NCBI GenBank assembly: GCA_963842835.1
Contig: CAWJIB010000014.1
Span: 22,665-86,664 of the forward strand
Length of the DNA: 64,000 bases
Direction of reading: 5' to 3'
Source: an uncultured Alphaproteobacteria bacterium
GTDB lineage: Bacteria > Pseudomonadota > Alphaproteobacteria > Rhizobiales > Beijerinckiaceae
Positions 28,453 through 38,480 of the stretch are shown here, one piece after another; the stretch's first letter is position 1; each line of letters starts with the position of its first letter. The position numbers and the translations under genes were made by a program. The notes below the pieces were generated by a model that saw only the letters and a list, made by a program, of their open reading frames with translations, was not told where the DNA came from and searched no databases.

Positions 28453-30828
28453 ATGAAGTTCCGTCTGTTGAAGGCGCTGGCGAAGTTCCTCGTCGTGCTG
28501 CTCGTCGTCGGCGCCGCGGCTGGGTTCTATCTCTTCTATCGCGCGATGCCCGCCTATTCCGGCGCCGCCGCCCTGCCCGGCCTCACGGCGGAGACGCGAG
28601 TCTGGCGCGACGCCTACGGCGTTCCGCATATCTTCGCGCAGTCGTTGGACGACGCGGCGCGCGCGCTCGGCTATGTCCACGCCAGCGAGCGGCTCTATCA
28701 AATGGAGATTCAGCGCCGCGTGGGTCAGGGCCGCATCGCCGAAATCGCCGGTCCCGATCTCGTCGGCGTCGATCGCTTCATCCGCACGCTTGACTTTTAC
28801 CGCCTCGCGCAAAGCAGTTTCTCAGCGCTCTCGCCCTGGGCGCAGGCGCGCCTGCAGGCTTACGCGGACGGCGTCAACGCTTTTATCGAAACGCACAAAA
28901 ACGCGCTGCCGCCGGAGTTCTTGATCCTCGGCGATGCGCCGGAGCCCTGGAAGCCCGCCAACTCGCTGGTCTGGGGCAAGCTGCTGTCCCTGAATCTGAG
29001 CGTCAATTACAAGCTCGAGGCGTTGCGCGCCCACCTCCAGCAGAAGCTGTCGCCGGAGCAGGCGCGTTGGTTGTTCCCCATGCCGTACGCCGATTGGCCG
29101 GTCACGACTTCCCCCGTCGCCAAGCCGAGCCACGCCGAAAGCGACAGCCCGGCCGATCAGCTCGGCGCGCTTCTGCCGGAGCGGCACGGCGCCTCGAACG
29201 AATGGGTCGTCTCGGGCGCGCGGACCGTGAGCGGCAAACCCGTTCTCGCCAACGACCCCCATCTTGAAATCGGCGCGCCGATCCTTTGGTACCTCGCCCG
29301 CATCGTTACGCCCGAAGGCGCGGTGAAAGGCGCGACCGTCCCCGGACTTCCGGCCGTGCTGCTCGGTGAGAACGATCGCATCGCGTGGGGCTTCACCAAC
29401 GCCTACACGAGCGTTGAGCAGTTGTTCGTCGAGACGATCGACCCGGCCAATCCCAATCAATATCTGACGCCCGACGGACCGAAGCCGTTCGCGACGCGCG
29501 ACGAGACGATCCACGTCAAGGGCGGGCCTGACGTCGCGCTACACGTGAGAGCGACGCGGCACGGACCGGTTCTCTCCGATGTCGCCGCGGATCTCGCCGC
29601 GCTCGCGGGCCCCGGCAAGGCGATGGCTCTGGCCTATACCGGCCTCAGCGCTCAGGACACGACCGCCGAGGGCCTCCTGCGCGTCAACACGGCGCGCGAC
29701 TGGAACGAGTTCCTCGCGGCGCTGCGCCTCTATCAGACGCCGACGCAGAACCTGGTCTACGCCGATGTCTCCGGCGACATCGGGTTCATCAGCGCCGGCC
29801 TCGTGCCGCTGCGCAAGTCGGGCGATGGGCTGACCCCCGCCGACGGCGCGTCGGCCGAGAACGACTGGATCGGGACGATTCCCTTCGAGCAATGGCCGCA
29901 GTTGCGCAATCCAGCGGCCGGCTTCGTGTTCAACGCCAACAACGCGCTCGTCGCCGACGATCATCAGCCGCCTCTCAGTCAGGATTGGGAGGAAGCGTTC
30001 CGCGCGCGGCGCATCCAGCAATTTTTCGACACGTTCGACAAGCACAGCCTCGACACTTCGGCCGCGATGCAAGCCGACCACGTCTCGCTCGCCGCCAGGG
30101 AATTGCTGCCGTTTCTCAAGGGCGTGACGCCCAGCGACGAGCGCGCGCGGCAAGCGCTGGCGCTGCTCGCCGGCTGGAACGGCGTGATGGACAAGGATCG
30201 CCCGGAGCCGCTGATCTTCACCGCCTTCACGGACGCGTTGCACCAAATCATGCTCGTCGAGAAAGTCGGCCTTTCCATGAGCGAGAAAGGCCCCTACGCC
30301 GTGACCACGCTGATTTCGCTGCTGCGCGACCATCCGTCCTGGTGCGACGCGCCGGGCAAGCCCGACCCCGACTGCCGCGCGACACTCGCGCGCGCCCTCG
30401 ACGAAGGGCTCGCGCTCGTCGTCAAGCGCGACGGCGCCGACATGAGCCAATGGAAATGGGGGCATGAACACATCGCGCTGCTGCAGCACAAGGTCTACAG
30501 CCACATTCCGTTGCTGGATCGGCTCAGCGACCTCAGCATGCCCTCGAGCGGCGACTTCTACACGCTCGATCGGGGCGGCGGCTTCGAGGTTCCGCCCGAC
30601 CAGCCCTTCGCGCGCACGCAGGGCGCCGGCTTTCGCGGCGTCTACGATCTGGCCGACCCCGACAAGTCGCGCTTCATGATCACGACCGGCGAATCCGGCC
30701 ATATTTTCTCGCCCCATTATCGCGACCTCGCGCCGCTGTGGATCGACGGCAAGTCGATCACGCTCGCGGGGAGCGAGGACGACCTGAAGCGCGCGGGGGC
30801 GCAGGAACTCGTGTTCACGGCGCCGTAG
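28453..30828 (+). CDS. Penicillin acylase family Ntn-hydrolase (possibly an acyl-homoserine-lactone acylase)
   Basis: 791 aa. N-terminal TM/signal segment and the beta-subunit nucleophile context GASNEWVVSG. Length is typical for the family. Confidence 0.88.
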   Translation: MKFRLLKALAKFLVVLLVVGAAAGFYLFYRAMPAYSGAAALPGLTAETRVWRDAYGVPHIFAQSLDDAARALGYVHASERLYQMEIQRRVGQGRIAEIAGPDLVGVDRFIRTLDFYRLAQSSFSALSPWAQARLQAYADGVNAFIETHKNALPPEFLILGDAPEPWKPANSLVWGKLLSLNLSVNYKLEALRAHLQQKLSPEQARWLFPMPYADWPVTTSPVAKPSHAESDSPADQLGALLPERHGASNEWVVSGARTVSGKPVLANDPHLEIGAPILWYLARIVTPEGAVKGATVPGLPAVLLGENDRIAWGFTNAYTSVEQLFVETIDPANPNQYLTPDGPKPFATRDETIHVKGGPDVALHVRATRHGPVLSDVAADLAALAGPGKAMALAYTGLSAQDTTAEGLLRVNTARDWNEFLAALRLYQTPTQNLVYADVSGDIGFISAGLVPLRKSGDGLTPADGASAENDWIGTIPFEQWPQLRNPAAGFVFNANNALVADDHQPPLSQDWEEAFRARRIQQFFDTFDKHSLDTSAAMQADHVSLAARELLPFLKGVTPSDERARQALALLAGWNGVMDKDRPEPLIFTAFTDALHQIMLVEKVGLSMSEKGPYAVTTLISLLRDHPSWCDAPGKPDPDCRATLARALDEGLALVVKRDGADMSQWKWGHEHIALLQHKVYSHIPLLDRLSDLSMPSSGDFYTLDRGGGFEVPPDQPFARTQGAGFRGVYDLADPDKSRFMITTGESGHIFSPHYRDLAPLWIDGKSITLAGSEDDLKRAGAQELVFTAP

Positions 30829-30878
30829 AGCGCCATCGCGCACGAGTGCGCGCCGGCTTCCGGGGAAGGTCCGTAGGC

Positions 30879-30923
30879 GAAAAAAGAGCGTGACGACGAT
30901 CCAACAAATCGTCGTCACGCTCT
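30879..30923 (-). terminator. Rho-independent terminator (minus strand; hairpin shared by convergent genes)
   Basis: Perfect 16-bp stem AGAGCGTGACGACGAT (30885-30900) / ATCGTCGTCACGCTCT (30908-30923). A T6 run follows on the minus strand. Confidence 0.8.
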
Positions 30924-30978
30924 GCAGGCGGCGGCGCCGGAGACTTGGCGCCGCATGGGAGTCCGTTGCGCCGAGGCG

Positions 30979-31638
30979 TCAGGCGCCCGCAAGCCGATCG
31001 GGAAAAGCGAGTTCGTGGCGGCTGCGCCACTCCGGCTTGACGTAGTTGATGATCAGCGACCGCCGCACCCCGTCGATCGGGCGGCGGCGGAAGCCGTGCC
31101 AGGTGTCGCTGCCGGGGACGAAGATGAGGCCGGCGTTGCGTTCGTAGGGCGCGGTGGCGACGACGTTCAGGCTGGTGTCGAGAATGTCGGTGCCCCAGGC
31201 CTCGCTGCCCGGCTCGCTGGAGAGATAGACCAGCATCGTGAACAGCTTGGCGCCGATGTCGGTGTGCGGCTCGAGCCAGAAGCCGTCGGTGTCAAGGCAA
31301 TATTCGATGCGCAGGTGGCTTTCGCGCAGCTTCGTCTCGCAAAGCAGTTCGATGCGCTCGACGACGTCCAAGCTCTGGAATGCCGCGGCGAGCGCGTCGC
31401 ACACGGGATAGCGCGCGCGATTCTCCGCGCCGAAGAACAGCCGCGTACTGTTGTGCGTTTCGCGCTTGCCGAGCGTGTCGTCGATCTTGGGCGGCGCGAC
31501 GGGAATCGCGTCGATGCCTAGGCAGATGCCCGCGGGCAGGATGCCCTCGAGCAGCCAATGGCGAAAGGGCTCGGCGCGGAAACGGCTGACGTCGAGACAG
31601 CCGATCACGCTCGAGGCGACCGAGGCGGCGTCAATCAC
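30979..31638 (-). CDS. 2OG-Fe(II) oxygenase family protein
   Basis: 219 aa from a GTG start. HxD facial-triad motif LEPHTDIG and distal His in DTWHGF. Paralogous in layout to the upstream gene. Confidence 0.7.
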   Translation of the reverse strand: MIDAASVASSVIGCLDVSRFRAEPFRHWLLEGILPAGICLGIDAIPVAPPKIDDTLGKRETHNSTRLFFGAENRARYPVCDALAAAFQSLDVVERIELLCETKLRESHLRIEYCLDTDGFWLEPHTDIGAKLFTMLVYLSSEPGSEAWGTDILDTSLNVVATAPYERNAGLIFVPGSDTWHGFRRRPIDGVRRSLIINYVKPEWRSRHELAFPDRLAGA

Positions 31639-32293
31639 GGACGCCTCCCGCCTTGGCGGCGCGCCGCGGCTTCAGGAACGAAATCGCCTGCTTGGCGCGC
31701 GCCGAGACCCGATGCCGGAATAATTCGCGGCGCGCGGCGAAGTCGGTGGTCATCCAGTTGATCATCACGTAGCGCCGCACGCCCTCATAAGGCTCATGCC
31801 CGTGGTAAGATCTGTCCGAGCGGCGAAACGCGATCATTGTGCCGGAGTCCGGCGGCGCCTCTCCGATCATGTCGTTGAGATCGGTCGGCGAGCGCAACAG
31901 CCGCAGTCGCCCGCCCGCAGCCTCCCATTGATCGTTGAAATAGATCAGGACGGTGATGAGCTTGGTCTTGCTGTCGGTGTGGATGCGCCCGTCCTTGGCC
32001 GCGCAGCGCCCGCGCACGGTGATCATCTGCGGGCGGCGGACGAGATCGACGCCGAACTTCTCCGAGAAGGCGCGCGCCACCTCCTCGCTCTGCAACTCCC
32101 GGATCAGTCGGCGGAATACCGGCCCGTAGCGCGTCGCCTCGACGGGCAACAGCCCGGAATCCTCGATATCGGGGAAATCGTCGCGAATCGCCGCGGCGTC
32201 CGCGGGCCGGATCGCTTGCTTGACGACCGTGAAGTTGAAGGGATCGCGCACCAGCGGCGCCTGACGCAGCGCCTCGAGATCAAGCAACGGCAT
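31631..32293 (-). CDS. 2OG-Fe(II) oxygenase family protein
   Basis: 220 aa. GRIHTDSK (HxD), GGRLRLL and SYHGHEP (distal His). Overlaps the downstream paralogue by 8 nt (GTGATTGA). Confidence 0.75.
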   Translation of the reverse strand: MPLLDLEALRQAPLVRDPFNFTVVKQAIRPADAAAIRDDFPDIEDSGLLPVEATRYGPVFRRLIRELQSEEVARAFSEKFGVDLVRRPQMITVRGRCAAKDGRIHTDSKTKLITVLIYFNDQWEAAGGRLRLLRSPTDLNDMIGEAPPDSGTMIAFRRSDRSYHGHEPYEGVRRYVMINWMTTDFAARRELFRHRVSARAKQAISFLKPRRAAKAGGVRD

Positions 32294-32402
32294 GAACCTC
32301 CCCGCAATGGAAACGACGCCGGCTGACCCGGCGTCGAGACAGCATATAACATTCGGGTCAATCGCCGCCCGCGACCATCGGACGCAGCCTGGAGCGCCGT
32401 CG

Positions 32403-33353
32403 CTACGGCGCGCTGGCCTGATCGAGCGCCGCGACGTCCTCGCCGCTCAGCGTGAGCCTCGCCGCGCGGATCAGACTGTTCAGCTGGGCGAGCGAGGTCG
32501 CGCTGGCGATCGGCGCGGTGACGCCGGGGCGCTGAATCAGCCACGCGAGCGCAACCTCGGCGGGCTTGGCCTCGAGCCGGGCCGCGACGGCGTCGAGCGC
32601 GGCGAGAATGCGAAATCCGCGCGCATTGAGATAGGCCTTGACGCCGCCGCCGCGCGGGCTTTGGCCGAGGTCGGCTTCGCCGCGGTATTTGCCGGAGAGG
32701 AAGCCCTTGGCGAGGCTGTAATAGGTGATGACGCCGATCCCTTCGGCGATGCAGAGATCGCGCAAGGGTCCGTCGAACGAGGCGCGATCATAGAGATTGT
32801 ATTCGGGCTGCAGGACCTCGTAGCGCGGCAGGCTCCGCGCTCGCGAGGCGGCGAGCGCGGCGGCGAGTTGCGTCGCGTTGAAATTCGAGGCGCCGCACCA
32901 GCGGATCTTGCCCTTGGCGATCAGCCGCTGATAGGCGCCGAGCGTCTCCTCGTGCGGCGTCGCTTCGTCCGGCCAATGCGAGAGATAAAGGTCGATCGTG
33001 TCGATCTTCAGCCGTTTCAACGACGCTTCGACCGCCTCCTCGATATAGCGGGCGCTTAAGCCCTTCTTGCCCGGCCCCATCGGCGAGCCGACCTTGGTGA
33101 TGACAGTCATCGCATGGCGATTGCCGCGCGCCTTCATCCAATCGCCGATGATCGTCTCCGACTCGCCGCCTTTATTGCCCGACGCCCAGGCCGAATAGAC
33201 GTCGGCGGTGTCGATCGCATTGAGGCCCGCCTCCGCGAAGCGGTCGAGCAGCGCGAACGAGGCCCTGGCGTCCGCCGTCCAGCCGAACACATTGCCGCCG
33301 AACACCATCGGGGCGATGCTGAGGTCGGTATGGCCTAGTTTTCGCTTTTGCAT
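32403..33353 (-). CDS. Aldo/keto reductase
   Basis: 316 aa. AKR pattern: GLNAIDTADVYS, YLSHWPD and catalytic residue contexts. Confidence 0.9.
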   Translation of the reverse strand: MQKRKLGHTDLSIAPMVFGGNVFGWTADARASFALLDRFAEAGLNAIDTADVYSAWASGNKGGESETIIGDWMKARGNRHAMTVITKVGSPMGPGKKGLSARYIEEAVEASLKRLKIDTIDLYLSHWPDEATPHEETLGAYQRLIAKGKIRWCGASNFNATQLAAALAASRARSLPRYEVLQPEYNLYDRASFDGPLRDLCIAEGIGVITYYSLAKGFLSGKYRGEADLGQSPRGGGVKAYLNARGFRILAALDAVAARLEAKPAEVALAWLIQRPGVTAPIASATSLAQLNSLIRAARLTLSGEDVAALDQASAP

Positions 33354-33390
33354 CGCAGCCTCCTCGCGCCGATCTTGCCTGCGCCGGCGT

Positions 33391-35232
33391 TCACGGCACT
33401 TCCCTCACCGCCCCGCGCGCCGCGCTGGTGGCGAAGGCGGCGTAGGCGCGCAGCGCGGTCGAGACGTGGCGCTTGCGCGGCGCGGCGGGCTTCCAGGCGT
33501 CCTTGCCCTTGGCCGCGATCACGGCGCGGCGTTCGCCGAGCGTCGCGTCGGAAACGAGCAGCCGGATCGAGCGGCCGGGAATGTCGATGGCGATGCGGTC
33601 GCCCGCTTCGACGAGCCCGATCGCGCCGCCCTCGGCCGCTTCGGGCGAGACATGGCCGATCGAGAGGCCCGACGTGCCGCCGGAAAAGCGGCCGTCGGTG
33701 ATCAGCGCGCAGGCTTTGCCCAGGCCCTTCGATTTGAGATAGCTCGTGGGATAGAGCATTTCCTGCATGCCCGGCCCGCCGCGCGGCCCCTCGTAGCGGA
33801 TGACGACGACGTCGCCGGCGACGACTTCGCCGGAGAGAATGCCCTGCACGGCGTCGTCCTGGCTCTCGAAGATTTTCGCCGGTCCCTCGAATTTGAGATT
33901 GCTCGCGTCGACCCCCGCGGTCTTCACGATGCAGCCGTCCTCGGCGAGATTGCCCTTGAGCACGGCGAGGCCGCCGTCGCGGGAAAAGGCGTGCTCGGCG
34001 TCGCGAATGGCGCCGCGCGCGCGATCCTCGTCAAGCAATTCGTAACGCAAATCCTGGCTGAAGGCTTCCTGCGTCGGCACGCCGCCCGGCGCGGCGGCGA
34101 AGAACCTGCGCGTCGTCTCGCCGGCGTCGCGCTTGAGGTCGTAGCGCGACAACGCGTGCTCCAGCGATTCGGAATGAACCATCGCGACGTCGCGGTTGAG
34201 CAGCCCAGCGCGGTCGAGTTCGCCGAGGATTCCCATGATTCCGCCCGCGCGGTGAACGTCCTCGACGTGCACGTCGGCGACCGACGGCGCCACCTTGCAC
34301 AGCACCGGCACGCGGCGCGACAGCCGGTCGATGTCGGCCATGGTGAAATCGAGGCCGGCCTCGTAAGCGGCGGCGAGCAGGTGCAGCACGGTGTTGGTCG
34401 AGCCGCCCATCGCGATGTCCAGCGTCATCGCGTTCTCGAACGCCTTGAAGCTGGCGATCGAGCGCGGCAGCGCGCCGGCGTCGCCCTCGTCGTACCAACG
34501 GCGCGCGAGATCGACGATGAGATGACCCGCCTCGACGAACAATTGCCGGCGATCGGCGTGGGTGGCGACGATCGTGCCGTTGCCGGGCAACGACAGCCCG
34601 AGCGCCTCGGTCAGGCAGTTCATGGAATTGGCGGTGAACATGCCCGAACACGAGCCGCAGGTCGGGCAGGCCGAGCGCTCGATGACCTTGACCTCTTCGT
34701 CGCTGACGGCGCTGTCGGCGGCGGCGACCATCGCGTCGATGAGGTCGATCTTCTTGATCTTGCCCTTCGCCGTGATTTTGCCCGCCTCCATCGGCCCGCC
34801 CGAGACGAACACGGCGGGAATATTGAGCCGCAGCGCCGCCATCAGCATGCCCGGCGTGATCTTGTCGCAATTACTGATGCACACCAGCGCGTCGGCGCAA
34901 TGGGCGTTGGCCATATATTCGACGCTGTCGGCGATGATCTCGCGGCTGGGCAGCGAATAGAGCATGCCGTCGTGGCCCATCGCGATGCCGTCGTCGATCG
35001 CGATGGTGTCGAATTCCTTGGCGACGCCGCCCGCCGCCTCGATCTCGCGCGCGACGAGCTGGCCGAGGTCCTTCAAATGAACGTGACCGGGCACGAACTG
35101 GGTGAAGGAATTGACGACCGCGACGATCGGCTTGCCGAAATCGCCGTCCTTCATGCCGGTGGCGCGCCAAAGCCCGCGCGCGCCCGCCATGTTGCGGCCG
35201 TGGGTCGAGGTGCGGGAGCGGTAAGCGGGCAT
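33391..35232 (-). CDS. ilvD: Dihydroxy-acid dehydratase
   Basis: 613 aa from [37 protein letters not shown] and TDGRFSGG motifs. Confidence 0.96.
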   Translation of the reverse strand: MPAYRSRTSTHGRNMAGARGLWRATGMKDGDFGKPIVAVVNSFTQFVPGHVHLKDLGQLVAREIEAAGGVAKEFDTIAIDDGIAMGHDGMLYSLPSREIIADSVEYMANAHCADALVCISNCDKITPGMLMAALRLNIPAVFVSGGPMEAGKITAKGKIKKIDLIDAMVAAADSAVSDEEVKVIERSACPTCGSCSGMFTANSMNCLTEALGLSLPGNGTIVATHADRRQLFVEAGHLIVDLARRWYDEGDAGALPRSIASFKAFENAMTLDIAMGGSTNTVLHLLAAAYEAGLDFTMADIDRLSRRVPVLCKVAPSVADVHVEDVHRAGGIMGILGELDRAGLLNRDVAMVHSESLEHALSRYDLKRDAGETTRRFFAAAPGGVPTQEAFSQDLRYELLDEDRARGAIRDAEHAFSRDGGLAVLKGNLAEDGCIVKTAGVDASNLKFEGPAKIFESQDDAVQGILSGEVVAGDVVVIRYEGPRGGPGMQEMLYPTSYLKSKGLGKACALITDGRFSGGTSGLSIGHVSPEAAEGGAIGLVEAGDRIAIDIPGRSIRLLVSDATLGERRAVIAAKGKDAWKPAAPRKRHVSTALRAYAAFATSAARGAVREVP

Positions 35233-35550
35233 GGGCGTGGCCTTTGGGTGCGGCGAGGGAGCCTTATGTGGCAAATTGGGGACGGAGGGGCAAGGGAGGG
35301 GTGGCGCTCATTTCTCAAGCCGAAGGGCGCCGATAGCCTGCGCCGGCCTCGCATGTGCCTGAACCCCGACGCGGCGCGCCTGGCCGGGCGGCTTTTGGTC
35401 GCTGAGATCGAGGCTTTCGCGCGCCATGGGAACGAAAAGCCCGATGCTCTCGATATTCACGTCTTCCGTTCGGAGCGCGGCCCAATTTCGATAGCGTAAA
35501 CTGCGCAATTTATGTTATGTCTCTCGCCGTTTCCTTCAGGAGTCGCCGCC

Positions 35551-35802
35551 ATGAACGTTTCGATCGGGGATCGTTGGCAAGGATTCGTCGATCGCGTGGT
35601 CAGGGAAGGCCGCTACGGCTCCGCCAGCGAGGTCGTGAGGGAAGGGTTGCGCTTGGTGGAGGAACGCGAAGCCAAGCTGGCCGCGTTGCGCGCGACGCTG
35701 GACGCCTCTATCGCTCAGGGGGGCGAAATCTCGGATGCGGAACTCGATGCCGCGATTTCGGCTAAAGGCGCGGAGTTGCGGGCGAAGGGATATGGCGCTT
35801 GA
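35551..35802 (+). CDS. parD: Type II antitoxin, ParD family (RHH)
   Basis: 83 aa. MNVSIGDRWQGFVDRVVREGRYGSASEVVREGLRLVEERE is the typical ParD N-terminus. RBS CAGGAG upstream. Confidence 0.85.
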   Translation: MNVSIGDRWQGFVDRVVREGRYGSASEVVREGLRLVEEREAKLAALRATLDASIAQGGEISDAELDAAISAKGAELRAKGYGA

Positions 35803-36113
35803 GGCGGGCGACGTTTCTCGCCTCCGTCCGCGCCGACCTTCTCGATATTCTCACCTATATCGCCGACGCCAGCGGAAGCATGGCTTTGGGCGAAGACTTC
35901 GTGCGGCGGCTTCGCGCAAAATGCCATGAACTCGCGGCGTTGGAGAGCACGATCGGCCGGCCGCGCCCCGAGCTTCGCTCGGATATTCGAAGCTTCCCTT
36001 ACAAGGGCTACGTCATCTTCTTTCGTTATGTCGCGGATCGATTTGAGGTCGTGAATATTCTCGAAAGACATCGGGACGTCGAGGCTCATTTCGGCGAGCC
36101 GACGGAGCTTTGA
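35799..36113 (+). CDS. parE: Type II toxin, ParE/RelE family
   Basis: 104 aa. The TTG start overlaps the parD stop by 4 nt. C-terminal YKGYVIFFRYVADRFEVVNILERHRDV is the ParE pattern. Confidence 0.82.
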   Translation: MRRATFLASVRADLLDILTYIADASGSMALGEDFVRRLRAKCHELAALESTIGRPRPELRSDIRSFPYKGYVIFFRYVADRFEVVNILERHRDVEAHFGEPTEL

Positions 36114-36129
36114 ACGGCCGCGCGCCACC

Positions 36130-36294
36130 CTACCCCTTTCGCTCGTCCTCCGGCAGATCGTCGTCCGAAATCGCCCGCCAGGCCGCGCCCTCCAAATCGT
36201 CGAACTGGCCGGTCTTCATCGCCCACAGGAAGCCGGCGAGGCCGAGGCCGCCGAGCGCCAGCGCGAGGGGCACGAGATAGACGAGGACGTTCAT
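36130..36294 (-). CDS. ccoS: cbb3 oxidase maturation protein CcoS/FixS
   Basis: 54-aa ORF not in the track: MNVLVYLVPLALALGGLGLAGFLWAMKTGQFDDLEGAAWRAISDDDLPEDERKG. ATGA overlap with the ccoI stop. Confidence 0.85.
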   Translation of the reverse strand: MNVLVYLVPLALALGGLGLAGFLWAMKTGQFDDLEGAAWRAISDDDLPEDERKG

Positions 36295-38477
36295 CGTCTC
36301 GCCCCTGCGCTACGCGCGCGCAACGCGTTGAGCGTCACCAGGATCGACGAGCCGGACATCGCCAGCGCCGCGATGAGCGGCGTCGCGTAGCCGGCGATCG
36401 CGATCGGCACGGCGATGAAATTATAGATCGCCGACAACCAGAGGTTCTCCACCATCAGGCTCTTGGCCTTGCGCGCGAGATGCAGCGCCTCGGCGACGGG
36501 GGCGAGCCGATCGCCGAGGAACACCGCGTCGGCCTGCGCCTGGGTGAGATGCGCGGCCGAGATCGGCGAAATCGAGACGTTCGCGGCGGCGAGCGCCGGC
36601 GCGTCGTTGAGGCCGTCGCCGACCATCAGCACGCGGCGGCCCTGCTCCCTCAGCGCCTTCAGCCGCGCGATCTTGTCGGCCGGCTTGATCCCCGCGGAAA
36701 AATGCGGGATCGCCAATTCGCGCGCGACTTCTTCCACCGCCTCGGGCCGATCGCCGGACAGGATCTCGATCGCGTAGCCCTCGCGCGCGAGGCCCGCGAC
36801 GACTTCGCGCGCGTCGGGGCGCGGCGCCTGCCGGACCGCGAAGACGAAGGCGCGCTCGGGGCCGCGAAAGGCGATCAGCGAGGCGTCTGGCCATCGCGCC
36901 GCGACCTCGGCCGCCTCGGCCTCGGCCTTGCAATAGACGGCCGAGCCGAGCTTGAGGCGCTTGCCTTCATGGAACACGGTGACGCCCTGGCCGGGGAATT
37001 CATGCGCGGCGAGCGGGTTCCTCGCCCCCGCCGCGACGGCCACCGCCTTGGCGAGCGGATGCTTGCTCGCCAGCGCCAGCGATCCGGCGAGCGCCAGATC
37101 GTGCGGGGCGATGTCGGCGAGATTGGCCAGGCTCGGCTGCGGCAGGGTCAGGGTCCCCGTCTTGTCGAACACGATCGTGTCGACCTCGGCGAGGCGCTCC
37201 AGCGCGTCGCCGGAATTGAGCATGACGCCGCGGCGGAACATCGCGCTCGCCGCGACCACCTGCACCGCCGGCACCGCCAGGCCGAGCGCGCACGGACAGG
37301 TGATGATCAGCACGGTGATCGCGACGACCAGCGCCGGCTGCCAGGAGAGGCCCGCCGCGATCCAGCCGAGAAACGTCGCCAGCGCCGTCAGATGCACGAC
37401 GGGCGCATAGAGCCGCGCGGCGCGGTCGGCGAGCCGCACATAGGACGAGCGCTGCTCGATGGCCTTCTCGAGCAGCGCGTTGACTTCGTCGAGCAGCGTG
37501 CCGGTCGCGGCGTTGCTGACGCGCACGCGCAGCGCGCCGGACATGTTGAGCGTGCCGGCGTAGACCATCGCGCCCGAAGCGACCGCGACGGCCGCGGTCT
37601 CGCCGGTCACCAGACTCTGGTCGACCTCGGACCGTCCGTCCTCCACGACGCCGTCGACCGCGACCCGTTCGCCGGCGCGCACCAGCACGAGATCGCCGGG
37701 CGCCACCGCCTCGATCGGCGTTTCCCGCGCCTCGCCGCCGTCGAAAAGCTTGATCGCCTTTTCCGCCTTGATCGCCGCCAGATTGGTCGCGACGTCGCGC
37801 GTCTTGCGCCGCATGCGTTGGTCGAGATACCGCCCGGCGAGCAGAAACAGCAGCAGCATCACTGCGCTGTCGAAATAGGTCTCGCGCGCGTGCTGCAACG
37901 TCTGCACGACCGATAGGAGGAGCGCGAGCATGACGCCGAGGGTGATCGGCACGTCCATGTTGAAGGAGGCTTGCCGCAACGCCCGCATCGCGCTGTCGAA
38001 GAACGGCCGCCCGGCGTAGGCGACGGCCGGCAACACGACGAGCGCGGAGAGCCAGTGGAAGAAATCGCGCGTCGCCCAACCCACCGCGTCCGCCGCGCCC
38101 GACCACAGCGCGACCGAGATGAGCATGACGTTCATCGCGCCGAAGGCGGCGACGCCCAGGCATCTGAGCAGGCGCTTCTCCTCGACGGCCTCGACGCTGT
38201 CGGCGGTCACGCTGCTGAAGGGATAGGCGGGGTAGCCGAGGCCGCTCAGGCGGTCGAGAATCGCCGCGGGCTCTACCGCGCCGTCGTCCCATTCGACAGT
38301 GACGCGTTTGCTCGCCAGATTGACGCGCGCGCCGCGCACGCCGGCCTCGCGGCTGAGGCCCTTTTCGATCGTGCTGATGCAGGCGCCGCAATGGACGCCC
38401 TCGACGACCAGGTCCATCGCCGCCACCCCTTCGGCGGGGTGGCGAACGAAGACCGACAAATCCTGCGTCTCGGCCAC
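36291..38477 (-). CDS. ccoI: Copper-translocating P1B-type ATPase CcoI/FixI
   Basis: 728 aa. N-terminal HMA CxxC (GVHCGAC), TM CPC motif (ITCPCALG), DKTGTLT and GDGLNDAPAL. Confidence 0.95.
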   Translation of the reverse strand: MAETQDLSVFVRHPAEGVAAMDLVVEGVHCGACISTIEKGLSREAGVRGARVNLASKRVTVEWDDGAVEPAAILDRLSGLGYPAYPFSSVTADSVEAVEEKRLLRCLGVAAFGAMNVMLISVALWSGAADAVGWATRDFFHWLSALVVLPAVAYAGRPFFDSAMRALRQASFNMDVPITLGVMLALLLSVVQTLQHARETYFDSAVMLLLFLLAGRYLDQRMRRKTRDVATNLAAIKAEKAIKLFDGGEARETPIEAVAPGDLVLVRAGERVAVDGVVEDGRSEVDQSLVTGETAAVAVASGAMVYAGTLNMSGALRVRVSNAATGTLLDEVNALLEKAIEQRSSYVRLADRAARLYAPVVHLTALATFLGWIAAGLSWQPALVVAITVLIITCPCALGLAVPAVQVVAASAMFRRGVMLNSGDALERLAEVDTIVFDKTGTLTLPQPSLANLADIAPHDLALAGSLALASKHPLAKAVAVAAGARNPLAAHEFPGQGVTVFHEGKRLKLGSAVYCKAEAEAAEVAARWPDASLIAFRGPERAFVFAVRQAPRPDAREVVAGLAREGYAIEILSGDRPEAVEEVARELAIPHFSAGIKPADKIARLKALREQGRRVLMVGDGLNDAPALAAANVSISPISAAHLTQAQADAVFLGDRLAPVAEALHLARKAKSLMVENLWLSAIYNFIAVPIAIAGYATPLIAALAMSGSSILVTLNALRARSAGARR

Positions 38478-38480
38478 CGG

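Noticed and set aside
35308-35508. 66-aa minus-strand ORF in the ilvD-parD spacer.
   Set aside because: It has no RBS, no family resemblance and an odd composition. It is treated as noncoding promoter or spacer DNA.
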